DNA of 15,054 nt, taken from an uncultured archaeon (lineage in GTDB: Archaea > Asgardarchaeota > Lokiarchaeia > Sigyniarchaeales > Promethearchaeaceae). Both the position numbers and the translations under genes were made by a program. The stretch is taken from assembly GCA_964426185.1 (NCBI GenBank), contig CAYRPF010000058.1, positions 5,349 to 20,402 on the forward strand, given 5' to 3'. The notes beneath the pieces are model-generated. The model searched no databases. It was not told where the DNA came from and saw nothing but the letters and a program-made list of their open reading frames with translations. Of this stretch, positions 15,036 through 15,054 are shown in pieces (position 1 is the stretch's first letter; each line of letters begins with the position of its first letter).

Positions 15036-15053
15036 TTTTTTATCTATTTTTTT
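15036..15053 (+). terminator. Oligo-T terminator candidate
   Basis: T6 and T7 tracts 33-50 nt after the stop of the 106-aa ORF. Confidence 0.3.
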
Positions 15054-15054
15054 C

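Noticed and set aside
1-15054. CRISPR array, IS element, tRNA or rRNA
   Set aside because: All intergenic gaps are under ~115 bp, with no spaced direct repeats, transposase motifs or cloverleaf-compatible sequence seen.

Overview
This is an AT-rich, densely coding 15-kb window. Its signals look archaeal: TATA boxes about 22-30 nt upstream of start codons and oligo-T tracts right after stop codons. Zn-ribbon-capped helical proteins and a eukaryote-like PPP phosphatase suggest an Asgard (Lokiarchaeia-like) source, which is an inference. The minus-strand left block encodes, in transcription order: a small HesB/CC-Se-like Cys protein, a membrane-anchored CxxC thioredoxin-like protein, CcdA, a double-Zn-ribbon PPP Ser/Thr phosphatase, a cytosolic GH38 alpha-mannosidase, and a 1272-aa protein with a Zn ribbon at each end and 6-7 tandem ~119-aa helical repeats. 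The block ends in a decayed DUF985 cupin remnant that the ORF track misses. The right block encodes a Zn-dependent alcohol dehydrogenase, a membrane-anchored alpha/beta hydrolase, an M19 dipeptidase, a GNAT acetyltransferase and a 106-aa hypothetical protein. I saw no rRNA, tRNA, CRISPR array or transposase. All family assignments come from motif recognition by eye, with no database searches.
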